The notes: generated by a model from the letters alone, not told the origin. Shown: positions 9,751 to 18,895, numbered from the stretch's first letter. The stretch: 32,000 nt of DNA from an uncultured archaeon (GCA_964463155.1 CAYXAY010000005.1:1-32000), one strand, 5' to 3'. Made by a program: numbers and translations.

Positions 9751-9912
9751 TTATTTTAATAAAATTAAAACAGAAGAACATATTAATTTTTTATTTGTCC
9801 TTTGCGCACGGTGTTTTTTTGTATCACAGCCATGTTCTTTTAGGGCGGCTACGACAATTGGATCTATTGGCCTATTCCAATTTCTAAAGCCACTTCTGTT
9901 CTTGTAGCAGAC
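9751..9912 (-). pseudogene. Possible remnant of a second LMW phosphatase gene
   Basis: A start-less minus-strand frame reads ...SGFRNWNRPIDPIVVAALKEHGCDTKKHRAQRTNKKLI. It aligns by eye with SAGITAKKQSIHSIVKEELEKLDVDHSKHKQRKVTKRIL of the intact phosphatase at 7834-8316. It lies in a locally GC-richer patch of an otherwise AT-only spacer. Confidence 0.3.
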
Positions 9913-10009
9913 CTACTAATGATAGATGTCCGTAAAGACCCTAAAAAAGCAAAAACAAACAAAGAACAACAACAAAATTTTGAAGAATTAAAAAAATTGA
10001 TAAAATAAA

Positions 10010-10588
10010 TTACCGCCTAATACTTTTTTGCCTTTGTGGTTGACTTTTCTTTTTTTGTTTTGGTCTTGGTATATTTCTGACCTTTAATTTTGCTTTTTGA
10101 GAACGGATTACTCCATTTAATAAATTTAGTAATCTTTTATGTACTTTTTGTATATTTTCCGGTGGTTTTTTTAGCTTTTCTTGTTTTGTTGTAGTATCTG
10201 GGCAATCATCTAGACAACAAAATGTAATTTCATTTTCTTTTGGATTTTTACTTGTGGTTCCATGAAATGCGTTTTGGAAAAAATCCGTTTTGTATAGTTC
10301 TAGCTTTTTTTTAATGTCTGTTTTCCCCACACCAATTAAATTTAATACTATTTCCATTAAATCTGAATGTGTTGCAAAATTTACATCCCACTGTTTTGGA
10401 GCAACAAGGATATAATCTCTGTTCTGATAACTTGTACAAAAAAATTTGAATTCTTGATGATCTTTTGATTTTTTATGAACAATAAAAACACAGTTGCCTA
10501 ATTCTGTTTTATTGTAATATGTCTTTGTTTTTTCTTGTATAGACATATTTTTTTGATACTCTGGAAGCCCTAGATTGCTGTTTCCCAT
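10010..10588 (-). CDS. Hypothetical protein with a highly basic C-terminal tail
   Basis: 192 aa from the ATG at 10588 (MGNSNLGLPEYQ...). It ends in KVRNIPRPKQKKKSQPQRQKSIRR and starts 12 nt after the ppsA stop. No family recognised. Confidence 0.5.
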   Translation of the reverse strand: MGNSNLGLPEYQKNMSIQEKTKTYYNKTELGNCVFIVHKKSKDHQEFKFFCTSYQNRDYILVAPKQWDVNFATHSDLMEIVLNLIGVGKTDIKKKLELYKTDFFQNAFHGTTSKNPKENEITFCCLDDCPDTTTKQEKLKKPPENIQKVHKRLLNLLNGVIRSQKAKLKVRNIPRPKQKKKSQPQRQKSIRR

Positions 10589-10600
10589 ATTTTTCAAAAT

Positions 10601-13015
10601 TTATTTCTTTAAAGACTTTTCAAGTTTTGCTATTGCTATCTTGGTTTTGATTATTGAATCTGGGTTTAAGCTCATAGATTTTATTCCCTCTTTAACCAAG
10701 AACTCAGCCATCTCTGGATAATCAGAGGGGGCTTGTCCGCAGATACCAATATACTTGCCTTTCTGGTTTGCAACTTTTATGACATCACTTAAAAGTTTTT
10801 TAACTGCTGGGTTTCTCTCATCATAGATATTTCCCAGAAGTTCTGAGTCTCTATCAAGACCCAGAGTCAATTGTGTTAAATCATTGCTACCAATACTAAA
10901 ACCATCAAAGATTTCAAGGAAACCCTCTGCAAGAATAACATTTGAAGGAATCTCACACATACAGTTTACCTTTAAGCCATTCTTTCCTTTCTCTAAGCCG
11001 TTCTTTTTCATTTCAGCAAGAACTTTCTTTGCTTCATCAAGGGTTCTACAGAAAGGAACCATAATTTCAAGATTTGTTAAGCCAAACTCTTCTCTGACTT
11101 TTTTGATTGCCTGGCACTCAAGAGCAAAACCAGCAACATAATTTCCTTGGTAATATCTTGAGGCACCTCTCCAACCAATCATTGGGTTGCTTTCAACTGG
11201 TTCGTAGTCTTTTCCACCAATCAGGTTTGCATACTCATTTGATTTAAAATCTGAAAGTCTTAAGATTACTTTCTTTGGATAGAAGGCTGCTGAGATTCTT
11301 GCAATACCTTGTGCTAACTTATCAACAAAATATTGTTTCTTGTCTGTGTAACCAATTGTTAAAGCATCAATTTTTTCTTTGACTTCTGTATCTGTGATTT
11401 TGTTGTAATTGATTAAAGCAAGAGGATGAATCTGAATCCAAGAGTTAATAATAAATTCTTCTCTTGCAAGACCCACACCGTCGTTTGGCAAAAAGCTTAG
11501 ATCAAAGGCTTGCTCTGGGTTACCAACATTCATCATTAACTCGGTTTTTGTTTTTGGAATTTCTTTTAAATCGATTGTTTGTTTTGTAAATTGAATCTTT
11601 CCTGCATAAACAAAACCAGCATCTCCGCTTGAACAATCCATTGTCACTTCTTCTCCAGTTTTTAATTTCAAGGTGCCGTCAAGGGTTCCAACAATACAAG
11701 GAATTCCAAGCTCTCTAGCAATTATTGCGGCATGACATGTTTTCCCGCCTTTATTTGTTATTATTCCGGAAGCTATTTTCATTATTGGCTCCCAGTCAGG
11801 ATCTGTCATTTCTGTTACTAAGATTTCTCCTTTTTTAAATTGGTTAATTTCTTTTGCTGATTTTATAACTTTTACAATTCCTGTTGAGATTTGTTGACCA
11901 ACGCTTTTTCCAACAACGACGGGTTTAGCATTTGTGGTTAAAGAAAAAGTTGTGTAACTTGTCAAGTCTTTTCTTGACTGCACAGTTTCAGGTCTTGCTT
12001 GAACAATAAATAATTCGTTTGTCTTACCATCAAGAGCCCATTCCATATCCATTGGCTTGAACTTATTTGCTTTCTTTGAATAGTAATCTTCAATCTGCAC
12101 AGCCCACTCTGCAAGCTTTATTGCTTGCTCGTCTGTTATTGAAAACTTGTTTCTTTGTGTTAGTTCTACAGAAATGTTTTTGGTTGGCTTGTTTCCTTGG
12201 TTGTCATAAACCATTCTTATTGCTTTTTCTCCAACAACTTTTGAGATGATTGGTTTTTTACCTTGTTTTAATGTTGGCTTAAAAACAATAAATTCATCAG
12301 GGTTGACTGCTCCTTGAACAATATTTTCTCCAAGGCCGTAAGTTGAGTTAATTATTACTACCTCTTTAAAGCCAGTTTCTGTGTCAATAGAAAACATAAT
12401 TCCTGAAGATGCCATATCACTTCTTACCATTCTTTGAACAACAACTGAAAGAGCTATGTTGAAATGGTCAAACTTTTTATCAACTCTGTAAGAGATTGCT
12501 CTGTTTGTAAACAAACTTGCAAAACATTTTCTTACTGCCTCTAAAAGATTCTCTTTACCAGTGATATTAAGATAGCTTTCTTGCTGTCCTGCAAAAGAAG
12601 CATCTGGAAGATCTTCAGCTGTTGCACTTGATCTTACTGCAACATCTAAATCAGGAATTTTTTCTTTTTTACAAAGTTTATCGTAAGCATCAAATATTTC
12701 TTTTTCTAAGTCTTTTGGTATTGTTTCATGCCTTATTAGTTCTCTAATCTTGTGGCCCTTTTCTGCTAATTGGTCAAGATTGTGAGTATCTAGGTCTTTT
12801 AATATTTTTTTTATTTGGTCTTTTACTCCTGATTTATCAAGAATATATCTGTAGGCCTGTGCTGTGATTGCAAAACCGTAAGGAATCTTTACCCCTTTTT
12901 TCCCAAGATTTTGATACATTTCTCCCAAGGACGCGTTCTTTCCACCAACATAAGGGATATCCTCAATTCCAATCTCATCAAACCACATTATAAATTTTTT
13001 ATTTTTTGCATTCAT
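10601..13015 (-). CDS. ppsA: Phosphoenolpyruvate synthase (pyruvate, water dikinase)
   Basis: 804 aa. N-terminus FDEIGIEDIPYVGGKNASLGEM, phosphohistidine motif GGKTCHAAIIARELGIPCIVG, and C-terminal PEP-utilising TIM-barrel motifs (GSNDLTQLTLGLDRDS). Confidence 0.95.
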   Translation of the reverse strand: MNAKNKKFIMWFDEIGIEDIPYVGGKNASLGEMYQNLGKKGVKIPYGFAITAQAYRYILDKSGVKDQIKKILKDLDTHNLDQLAEKGHKIRELIRHETIPKDLEKEIFDAYDKLCKKEKIPDLDVAVRSSATAEDLPDASFAGQQESYLNITGKENLLEAVRKCFASLFTNRAISYRVDKKFDHFNIALSVVVQRMVRSDMASSGIMFSIDTETGFKEVVIINSTYGLGENIVQGAVNPDEFIVFKPTLKQGKKPIISKVVGEKAIRMVYDNQGNKPTKNISVELTQRNKFSITDEQAIKLAEWAVQIEDYYSKKANKFKPMDMEWALDGKTNELFIVQARPETVQSRKDLTSYTTFSLTTNAKPVVVGKSVGQQISTGIVKVIKSAKEINQFKKGEILVTEMTDPDWEPIMKIASGIITNKGGKTCHAAIIARELGIPCIVGTLDGTLKLKTGEEVTMDCSSGDAGFVYAGKIQFTKQTIDLKEIPKTKTELMMNVGNPEQAFDLSFLPNDGVGLAREEFIINSWIQIHPLALINYNKITDTEVKEKIDALTIGYTDKKQYFVDKLAQGIARISAAFYPKKVILRLSDFKSNEYANLIGGKDYEPVESNPMIGWRGASRYYQGNYVAGFALECQAIKKVREEFGLTNLEIMVPFCRTLDEAKKVLAEMKKNGLEKGKNGLKVNCMCEIPSNVILAEGFLEIFDGFSIGSNDLTQLTLGLDRDSELLGNIYDERNPAVKKLLSDVIKVANQKGKYIGICGQAPSDYPEMAEFLVKEGIKSMSLNPDSIIKTKIAIAKLEKSLKK

Positions 13016-13073
13016 AGTTAATCATATTTATTTTCTTAAATATATTTTAAATAAGAATAAAGGATTTATATAT

Positions 13074-13532
13074 TTATTCTTTCTCAAACTTATCCCACGG
13101 GAAAGCCACCCACTTGTCTACTTCTTTTGCATAGAAGTCTGGAGTGATCTTGTTGTGTTCTTTATTTAGAAAGATTGTTGCACTCTTTACTGACTTTACT
13201 TTGTATGTTTTTAAAAGCTCTTCTAAAAAGATAATTGTCTTTCCTGTGTCACAGATGTCATCAACTATCAGGATGTTTTTGCCTTTTAGAAGTTCTTTGT
13301 CTGGAGCATTTAAGAGTTTCATCTCTTTTTGCTGTTTGTTCTCATAAGAAGAAACAGCAACACTCAGTATGTTTTTAGTTTCTAGAAGCCTTGCAAGAAG
13401 TACTGCTGGGAAAAAACCACCAACAGAGACTCCAAGAATATAATCCACTTTAAAGTTACTGGTTTTTATTTGCTCAGAAATTCTTAAACACAATGTTTCA
13501 ATTTCTTCATAGCTAAAGTTTATTATTTCCAT
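13074..13532 (-). CDS. gpt: Purine phosphoribosyltransferase, xanthine-guanine PRT (Gpt)-like
   Basis: PRPP-binding motif ILIVDDICDTGKT. SSYENKQQKEMKLL and WVAFPWD parallel E. coli Gpt (SSY..Q.ELKVL, W.EQPWD). ATG at 13532; the ORF-track start at 13541 is a GTG. Confidence 0.75.
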   Translation of the reverse strand: MEIINFSYEEIETLCLRISEQIKTSNFKVDYILGVSVGGFFPAVLLARLLETKNILSVAVSSYENKQQKEMKLLNAPDKELLKGKNILIVDDICDTGKTIIFLEELLKTYKVKSVKSATIFLNKEHNKITPDFYAKEVDKWVAFPWDKFEKE

Positions 13533-13541
13533 AGTTTTCAC

Positions 13542-14351
13542 TTACAAAATTTCATCTTTTAATCTATCATATCTTGAAAAGTTTTTTGTTTTCTTCATGG
13601 ACTTGTAATGGATTGCTTTCTTTGGACAGAAGTTATAGCAACGCGTGCAAAACATACAGTTGTTTCCAAAAATTACTTTGCCTTTCTCTTTCTTGATTGT
13701 GATGTTTTGGGCTGGGCAAACATTTACACAAAGACCACAAAAATTACATTCCTTTTTATCCCAGAACCATTTGTTTTTTTTATTCATTCCAAACTTTGCT
13801 ATTTCAGAAATCAAATACATAAAAATATTTGCGGATTTAAATTTTGATTTTCCTGATGTTATTAACTCAAAATCTTGCTTAATCTTTTCTTTTGTTCCTG
13901 ATATTTTAAGATCAGCGTGTTCTTTTTTATCTATATCTTTATTAAATAAAAAACCATCATTACTTGGCATTATATACAATAAATTAGAAATTACTTGATA
14001 TTTCTTTTTTCTTAAGATTCTTTCTAATACATTAAAACTAGCTCCCGCACTTAAACCGGCGGTTGCAAAAAGAATAACTGGTTTATCTTTTACTTCTGGA
14101 AGTTTTTTTACAAAATCAATAACAATCTGTGGCGGGTAGAAATAATAAATTGGAAAACCAATCATTAGAAAATCATACTTGCCTTGACTTGTAACTGTTT
14201 CAATCTTTTCTATTTGGAAAAGATCAATAGAGATTCCTTTTTTCTTATAGTTGTCTTGAAACTCACAAGCAACAAACGCTGTGTTCCCTGTTCCAGAAAA
14301 ATAATAGATTGCTCCCTTGCCTGGATTAAGTTGTTTATTAGTAATAGTCAT
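13542..14351 (-). CDS. Flavodoxin-like plus 2x[4Fe-4S] ferredoxin domain protein (EFR1-family type)
   Basis: The N-terminus IYYFSGTGNTAFVA is flavodoxin-like. The C-terminus carries two cluster motifs, CNFCGLCVNVCP and CMFCTRCYNFCP. Confidence 0.75.
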   Translation of the reverse strand: MTITNKQLNPGKGAIYYFSGTGNTAFVACEFQDNYKKKGISIDLFQIEKIETVTSQGKYDFLMIGFPIYYFYPPQIVIDFVKKLPEVKDKPVILFATAGLSAGASFNVLERILRKKKYQVISNLLYIMPSNDGFLFNKDIDKKEHADLKISGTKEKIKQDFELITSGKSKFKSANIFMYLISEIAKFGMNKKNKWFWDKKECNFCGLCVNVCPAQNITIKKEKGKVIFGNNCMFCTRCYNFCPKKAIHYKSMKKTKNFSRYDRLKDEIL

Positions 14352-14374
14352 ACAAAAACAAAGAATAAAATAAT

Positions 14375-14842
14375 TTAAAAAGGTTTATTTGTATCCTTTT
14401 TGAAAACTTTATCATAAAATAAAACAAATAGTATTGCAATAAATAAACCAAAGATAAAACTTAATATACTGTATGGCGTGAAAAAATATAAAACAGTTAG
14501 ACAAATTACAGAAAACAATATAGGAATTATGTCTTTTGATTTAATAATTTCAAAATATCTTATTGGTTTATTCCTTTGCTTTGCTAATTTTATTTCTGCA
14601 AGAACTCCATTACTTACTTGACCAAATACCCCAATTTCATCTATTCTTTTTACTAAACTGTTGTTTGCACTTCTCACTAAATCTCTATCAACTGTATCAA
14701 GCATAAAATATTCAGAAATCACAAATGGAGTTAATGGCACAGCATTATTTTCAAGAACAAACTTAGAAATGTGCTGTCTAAAATAAAAATTTAGTTTAGA
14801 GTGCGCTATATATATTAATTTCATATCTGTGTTTGTGTCCAT
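14375..14842 (-). CDS. Hypothetical protein: small alpha/beta N-domain plus a C-terminal membrane anchor
   Basis: MKLIYIAHS...VPLTPFV...RIDEIGVFGQVSNGVLAEIKLAKQRNKPIRYF, followed by hydrophobic IIPILFSVICLTVLYFFTPYSILSFIFGLFIAILFVLF. Function not assignable. Confidence 0.55.
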   Translation of the reverse strand: MDTNTDMKLIYIAHSKLNFYFRQHISKFVLENNAVPLTPFVISEYFMLDTVDRDLVRSANNSLVKRIDEIGVFGQVSNGVLAEIKLAKQRNKPIRYFEIIKSKDIIPILFSVICLTVLYFFTPYSILSFIFGLFIAILFVLFYDKVFKKDTNKPF

Positions 14843-14951
14843 ACAAAAGATAGCCTAAAGTGGTTTTTAAAACATTGCACACGAGCAAAGTTTTTGGGAC
14901 TGAAACCAATTCTCCCAAAAGGGGTGCCATTGGACACCCACCCCCGAAACC

Positions 14952-14959
14952 TTTAAATA
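14952..14959 (+). promoter_or_regulatory. Archaeal TATA box for the wHTH/RelE-like/XPD transcription unit
   Basis: TTTAAATA is preceded by purine-rich GAAAC and lies about 24-31 nt upstream of the ATG at 14983. This implies a leaderless or near-leaderless mRNA. Confidence 0.5.
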
Positions 14960-14982
14960 TCGTTTTTGGTACTATTATTATT

Positions 14983-15294
14983 ATGACTACAAAATATGTT
15001 GTTAAAGAAAAGAAAAGAAAAAAACTAAAAGAACCAATGATTGATTACTATCCAACAGGTCGCGAAGTGTTTCTTGTTCAAGATATTCTTGAAAAATATC
15101 CAGAAGCAATAATGAAAGAAACAGAACTTGAAAAGAAAGTCAAAGATAAAGTCCGCAAGGTTCATTTAAAACAAATATTAAAATATTTAGAATATACTAA
15201 TCAAATCGTTTACTCAAAAAAAGGAATAACCTATATACACCCTGCATCAAAAAAATTAAAAGATGCAATCAAAAAAGGGATTGTGTATGGTTAA
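14983..15294 (+). CDS. Putative antitoxin-like wHTH protein
   Basis: 103 aa from the ATG at 14983 (MTTKYVVKEKKRKK...LKQILKYLEYTNQIVYSKKGITYI). Its stop overlaps the start of the RelE-like gene (ATGGTTAA, 8-nt overlap). Confidence 0.5.
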   Translation: MTTKYVVKEKKRKKLKEPMIDYYPTGREVFLVQDILEKYPEAIMKETELEKKVKDKVRKVHLKQILKYLEYTNQIVYSKKGITYIHPASKKLKDAIKKGIVYG

Positions 15295-15625
15295 AATACA
15301 ATTTTCAGAAGATGCAACTAAAATACTTGAAGAAATAAATAAAGATAATTCAAAACAAGGAAAAATGTTAAGTAAATCTATTCCCGAAAAATTAGAATTA
15401 CTTAAACAAAATCCCCATTTTGGAGAACCTATCAAATCAAAATTTATACCTAAATGGTATTTAAAAAAATATAATGTTAAATTTTTATTAAAAGTAAGAC
15501 TTTCAGAATATTGGAGATTACTTTACACAATCACAGATACTGGAGAAATAGAGATTATTATAATTATCGTTGATCTTATTGGTCATAACAAATATAACAA
15601 ACTTTTTGGATTTAAAAAGAAATAA
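15287..15625 (+). CDS. RelE/ParE-family toxin-like protein (archaeal RelE type)
   Basis: LLKQNPHFGEPIK...VRLSEYWRLLYTITDTGEIEIIIIIVDLIGHNKYNKLFG matches the RelE pattern (NP..G..L...R.G.YR.IY.I......I.I..IGHR..Y). Confidence 0.65.
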   Translation: MVKIQFSEDATKILEEINKDNSKQGKMLSKSIPEKLELLKQNPHFGEPIKSKFIPKWYLKKYNVKFLLKVRLSEYWRLLYTITDTGEIEIIIIIVDLIGHNKYNKLFGFKKK

Positions 15626-15628
15626 CAA

Positions 15629-17524
15629 ATGAAAGCACAACTTTATTTTAGACACGATTCTTTTAGAAAAGGACAAAAAGAAATGATTAAGGATATTTAT
15701 GAGTCTGTTGTTCTTGGAAAAAACATCTTAGTACATGCACCAACCGGGACTGGAAAAACAGATTCTGCACTTTCTGCAGCAATTACTTTGGCTATGGAAA
15801 AGAATCTAAAGGTTTTGTTTCTTACACCAAAGATTTCTCAACACAAGATTGCCTTAGAAGTTATTGAAGAACTTACTGACAAATATGATTTAAAGATAAA
15901 GGCAGTGGACTTTGTTGGAAAGAAAAACATGTGTATTGAACCAGTTATCTCAAGAACAGAGTCTAATTTCTATGAGATATGTAAAATAGCTTGTAAGAAA
16001 AAACAATGCCCATTTTTTGAAAATATTAGACCAAGTAACAAAGGACAAAGAGACCTTTTGGCTTATCTCTTGGAGAAGAAGCTAAAGGAAAATGATGTGT
16101 TAAGTCATCTTGAGATTAAAAGGATTGCTGAAGAACTTAAGAGTGCTACAGGAATCCCACAACCAGTCTGTGCATATGAACTAGCAAAGCTTTTTACTAA
16201 AAGCTGTAGAGTGATAATTGCAGACTATTATCATGTGTTTTCAAGCAAAGTCATGGAATCAACACTATCTGAGATTGGAGTTAACCTTGAGGAGTGTATA
16301 ATTGTTATTGATGAAGCGCACAATCTTGAAGATCGTCTCTTAAAGTTGATATCCAAATCTTTAAATACAAACATGCTTCATAGAGCGATTAAAGAAGCAA
16401 AAGAAGTAAAGAATAACAAACTTAAAAACATCTTAGAAAAACAACTAGACCATATTGAGAAGATTGCAGAAAAAAAACTAGAGAAAACCAAAGAAGATAC
16501 TGTCTCTAAAGAAGAAATATTAATAAAAGAAATTAAAGAAAATCCTCTTGAGATTATTGAAGAACTTGATGAGTCTGGTCTTAAGTATATTGAAGAACTT
16601 AAGGAAAGCAGTTCTGCATTTATCTCTGTTGGACTGTTTCTTGAAGAATGGATAAAAGATAAAGAGGCACACATTAGATTTATTAGAAAAGAAAAAAACG
16701 GAATTAGTGTTAAGTATAATGCTTTGGACGTTTCGCCACTGACTAAGAAAATATTTGAAAACTGTTATTCTTCTGTATTGATGTCTGCAACCTTAACGCC
16801 GCTTGCCATGTATCAAGATGTTTTGGGACTTGATAAAGGAAAAACAATTACTAAAGAATATCCTAATCCTTTTGACAAAGAAAAAAAACTAAATCTTTTG
16901 ATTACTGATTCCTCAACAAAGTTTACTCAAAGAAATGATGTTGAGTATAAAAAAATCGCAAGTCATGTTGAAAAATGCGTTAACGCCATCCCGGGAAATT
17001 GTGTGGTCTTCTTTCCAAGCTTTGAAGTCATGGGAGATGTTGTGCCGATGATGAAAAACATTAACAAACCAAGAATTGCCCAAGAAGAGAAGATGAATAG
17101 TCATGAATTTGAGGAAATGATTACTAGTTTTAAGAAACATTCCAAAAATATTAAAGGAAGCGTTCTAATGGCAGTTATGGGTGGGAAGGCATCTGAAGGT
17201 ATTGATCTTCCAGGTAATCTCTTGATTGGCGCAGTTATTGTTGGAATTCCTCTTGCAAAGATGGAAATAGAAACAAAAGCAAAAATTGACTATTATGAGA
17301 TTAAGTTTAGGAATGGTTGGAACTATGCTTACATTCAGCCAGCCATTCAAAAAGTTATACAAAGTGCAGGAAGAGTCATTAGAACAGATAAAGACAAGGG
17401 TGTTATTGTCTTTATTGACTCTCGTTTCCATTGGGAGAACTACAGAAAATGTTTCCCAAAGGATATGCAGTTTGTTGTAAGTAAAGAATCTAAAGCAGAA
17501 ATTGAAAATTTCTTTAACGCTTAA
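15629..17524 (+). CDS. xpd: XPD/Rad3-family 5'-3' DNA helicase with an Fe-S domain
   Basis: Walker A VHAPTGTGKT and DEAH box VIDEAHNL. Four Cys sit between motifs I and II (NMCIEP, CKIACKKKQCPFF, VCAYE), an acidic/lysine-rich Arch-like insert follows, and the C-terminus has GKASEGIDLPG and QSAGRVIR. Confidence 0.9.
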   Translation: MKAQLYFRHDSFRKGQKEMIKDIYESVVLGKNILVHAPTGTGKTDSALSAAITLAMEKNLKVLFLTPKISQHKIALEVIEELTDKYDLKIKAVDFVGKKNMCIEPVISRTESNFYEICKIACKKKQCPFFENIRPSNKGQRDLLAYLLEKKLKENDVLSHLEIKRIAEELKSATGIPQPVCAYELAKLFTKSCRVIIADYYHVFSSKVMESTLSEIGVNLEECIIVIDEAHNLEDRLLKLISKSLNTNMLHRAIKEAKEVKNNKLKNILEKQLDHIEKIAEKKLEKTKEDTVSKEEILIKEIKENPLEIIEELDESGLKYIEELKESSSAFISVGLFLEEWIKDKEAHIRFIRKEKNGISVKYNALDVSPLTKKIFENCYSSVLMSATLTPLAMYQDVLGLDKGKTITKEYPNPFDKEKKLNLLITDSSTKFTQRNDVEYKKIASHVEKCVNAIPGNCVVFFPSFEVMGDVVPMMKNINKPRIAQEEKMNSHEFEEMITSFKKHSKNIKGSVLMAVMGGKASEGIDLPGNLLIGAVIVGIPLAKMEIETKAKIDYYEIKFRNGWNYAYIQPAIQKVIQSAGRVIRTDKDKGVIVFIDSRFHWENYRKCFPKDMQFVVSKESKAEIENFFNA

Positions 17525-17533
17525 GGATTAACT

Positions 17534-17757
17534 TTATTTTTCATTTTTTAACCAGGGCATATATTCTTTATGATTTGCGAAACAACGATTAAATATCAAA
17601 AAATTTCCTTTAATTACATAAGTTAATCTTCACCAACTTTATGTTTTTGGGCAAGTTCTAGAATTCTAGCCCTTACAACCTTACTTTTAGTTGCATAATA
17701 CCCTTTGTTAACAAAATCAGAAAGCTATTTTGCTTGCTTACCTTTTAACCTAACCAT
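17534..17757 (-). pseudogene. Decayed TA-like module: RHH (CopG/Arc-type) gene with an in-frame TAG, plus a 27-codon RelE-like C-terminal stub
   Basis: 17757-17623 reads MVRLKGKQAK*LSDFVNKGYYATKSKVVRARILELAQKHKVGED*, a strand-helix-helix layout with TAG at 17727-17725. The stub at 17617-17534 reads VIKGNFLIFNRCFANHKEYMPWLKNEK*. Confidence 0.45.
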
Positions 17758-17775
17758 AAACTCTGTTTCTTTTTC

Positions 17776-17793
17776 AATCACAATTAATCACAA
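17776..17793. promoter_or_regulatory. Tandem 8-bp direct repeat AATCACAA-TT-AATCACAA, putative operator of the RHH pseudogene
   Basis: Two exact copies are spaced 10 bp apart, 19-36 nt upstream (minus sense) of the RHH ATG at 17757. Confidence 0.35.
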
Positions 17794-17826
17794 ATATCTT
17801 AGAAACAAAGAAAATATAACTAGATA

Positions 17827-18855
17827 TCATTTTGATATCTTTTTGATATCTGCTGATTTTTTGCTTTTCTTTTCTTCAATCAAGTCTCCAGGGAAATAAT
17901 TGATAAGGTGTTCTTTGTGGATGGGGGTTGTTTCAAACTCTTTTATCAACTCTTTAAACTGCTCCCTTACTGTTCTTGTAAAATCAATCATTTCTTCTGT
18001 TGATTTGACTTCAAAATCAATCTCAAAGTCCCAATAACCAATAACTTTTGTTATGTCAAAAACGCAAAGGTTATTTTGAAGGTAAGTTATTAACTCTTCT
18101 TCTTGCGATTCATTAATGTTACTAAACCTTATTAGGGACTTATAGGCCTGCCTTCCTGTTTTTTCAATGTTTAGGTGTGGTTTAAAACCCTCAATTATGT
18201 TTCTGTCCTGCATGCTTTTTATTCTGTAGATTATTGTGTTTGGAGAGGTGTCTATTATTCCTGCAACTTCCATTGCGCCGATTCTTGCATTTTTGGAAAT
18301 AACTGATAATATTTTTAAGTCTAAATTGTCTAGTTTCTCTGTTGTAGTACCATCAAAATCAATAAATGATTTTTTGTTTATTTCGCGATATTTCTTTGCA
18401 AAATAGTCTCTTCCAAAATAAATGTTTTCAAGAGTTGTTAGGACATCTATGTTTCCTATGTTGTCTGGAAAATTTATTCTTAGTTCTTTTAGAAAGGAAT
18501 AATATTGGATTATGTTTTTTGCAAGATAATCCACTATCAGATCCCAGTGGCCTGTACATTCTGCTAGATAAGATATATTTTCATTGGTTTTTAAATAAAT
18601 AATTAGTTTTTCTTGGATTTCAGGGGTTATGTGCGTTAGCCTTATCATTGTTCTGTAACTGGTATAACCTAGTTTTACAAAATTTACTACTGTGTAAAAT
18701 CCAAGGATTACTTTCTTTTTTTCAAGACTTATTAGCCTATAGCTTAGCACTTGCTGTGAGGTATTTAGTGTTTTTGCTATGTTTGAGACTGTCTGTCTTG
18801 AATCCTTCTCTAGCTCTACAAGGAACCGGAGGTCAAATCTGTCAAGTGAGCCCAT
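17827..18855 (-). CDS. Tandem-duplicated Lrp/AsnC-family transcriptional regulator (two HTH+RAM modules in one chain)
   Basis: Module 1: LDRFDLRFLVELEKDSRQTVSNIAKTLNTSQQVLSYRLISLEKKKVILGFYTVVNFVKLGY. Module 2: LDNLDLKILSVISKNARIGAMEVAGIIDTSPNTIIYRIKSMQDRNIIEGFKPHLNIEKTG. The ATG at 18855 is preferred; the track extension to 18939 adds only a hydrophobic junk N-terminus. Confidence 0.8.
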   Translation of the reverse strand: MGSLDRFDLRFLVELEKDSRQTVSNIAKTLNTSQQVLSYRLISLEKKKVILGFYTVVNFVKLGYTSYRTMIRLTHITPEIQEKLIIYLKTNENISYLAECTGHWDLIVDYLAKNIIQYYSFLKELRINFPDNIGNIDVLTTLENIYFGRDYFAKKYREINKKSFIDFDGTTTEKLDNLDLKILSVISKNARIGAMEVAGIIDTSPNTIIYRIKSMQDRNIIEGFKPHLNIEKTGRQAYKSLIRFSNINESQEEELITYLQNNLCVFDITKVIGYWDFEIDFEVKSTEEMIDFTRTVREQFKELIKEFETTPIHKEHLINYFPGDLIEEKKSKKSADIKKISK

Positions 18856-18895
18856 ATTTGTATTTATGAGAAAAAAGCATATAAATATTGCGATT

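Noticed and set aside
14860-14982. GC-richer patch with a GGGGTG...CACCCC hairpin, considered as a small ncRNA or as the N-terminus of the 144-aa track ORF
   Set aside because: I could fold no tRNA, C/D-box or other recognisable RNA architecture. The track ORF's first 41 codons are motif-free and run through the TATA box. The region is most simply the promoter and spacer between divergent genes. The hairpin alone is not enough to call a feature.
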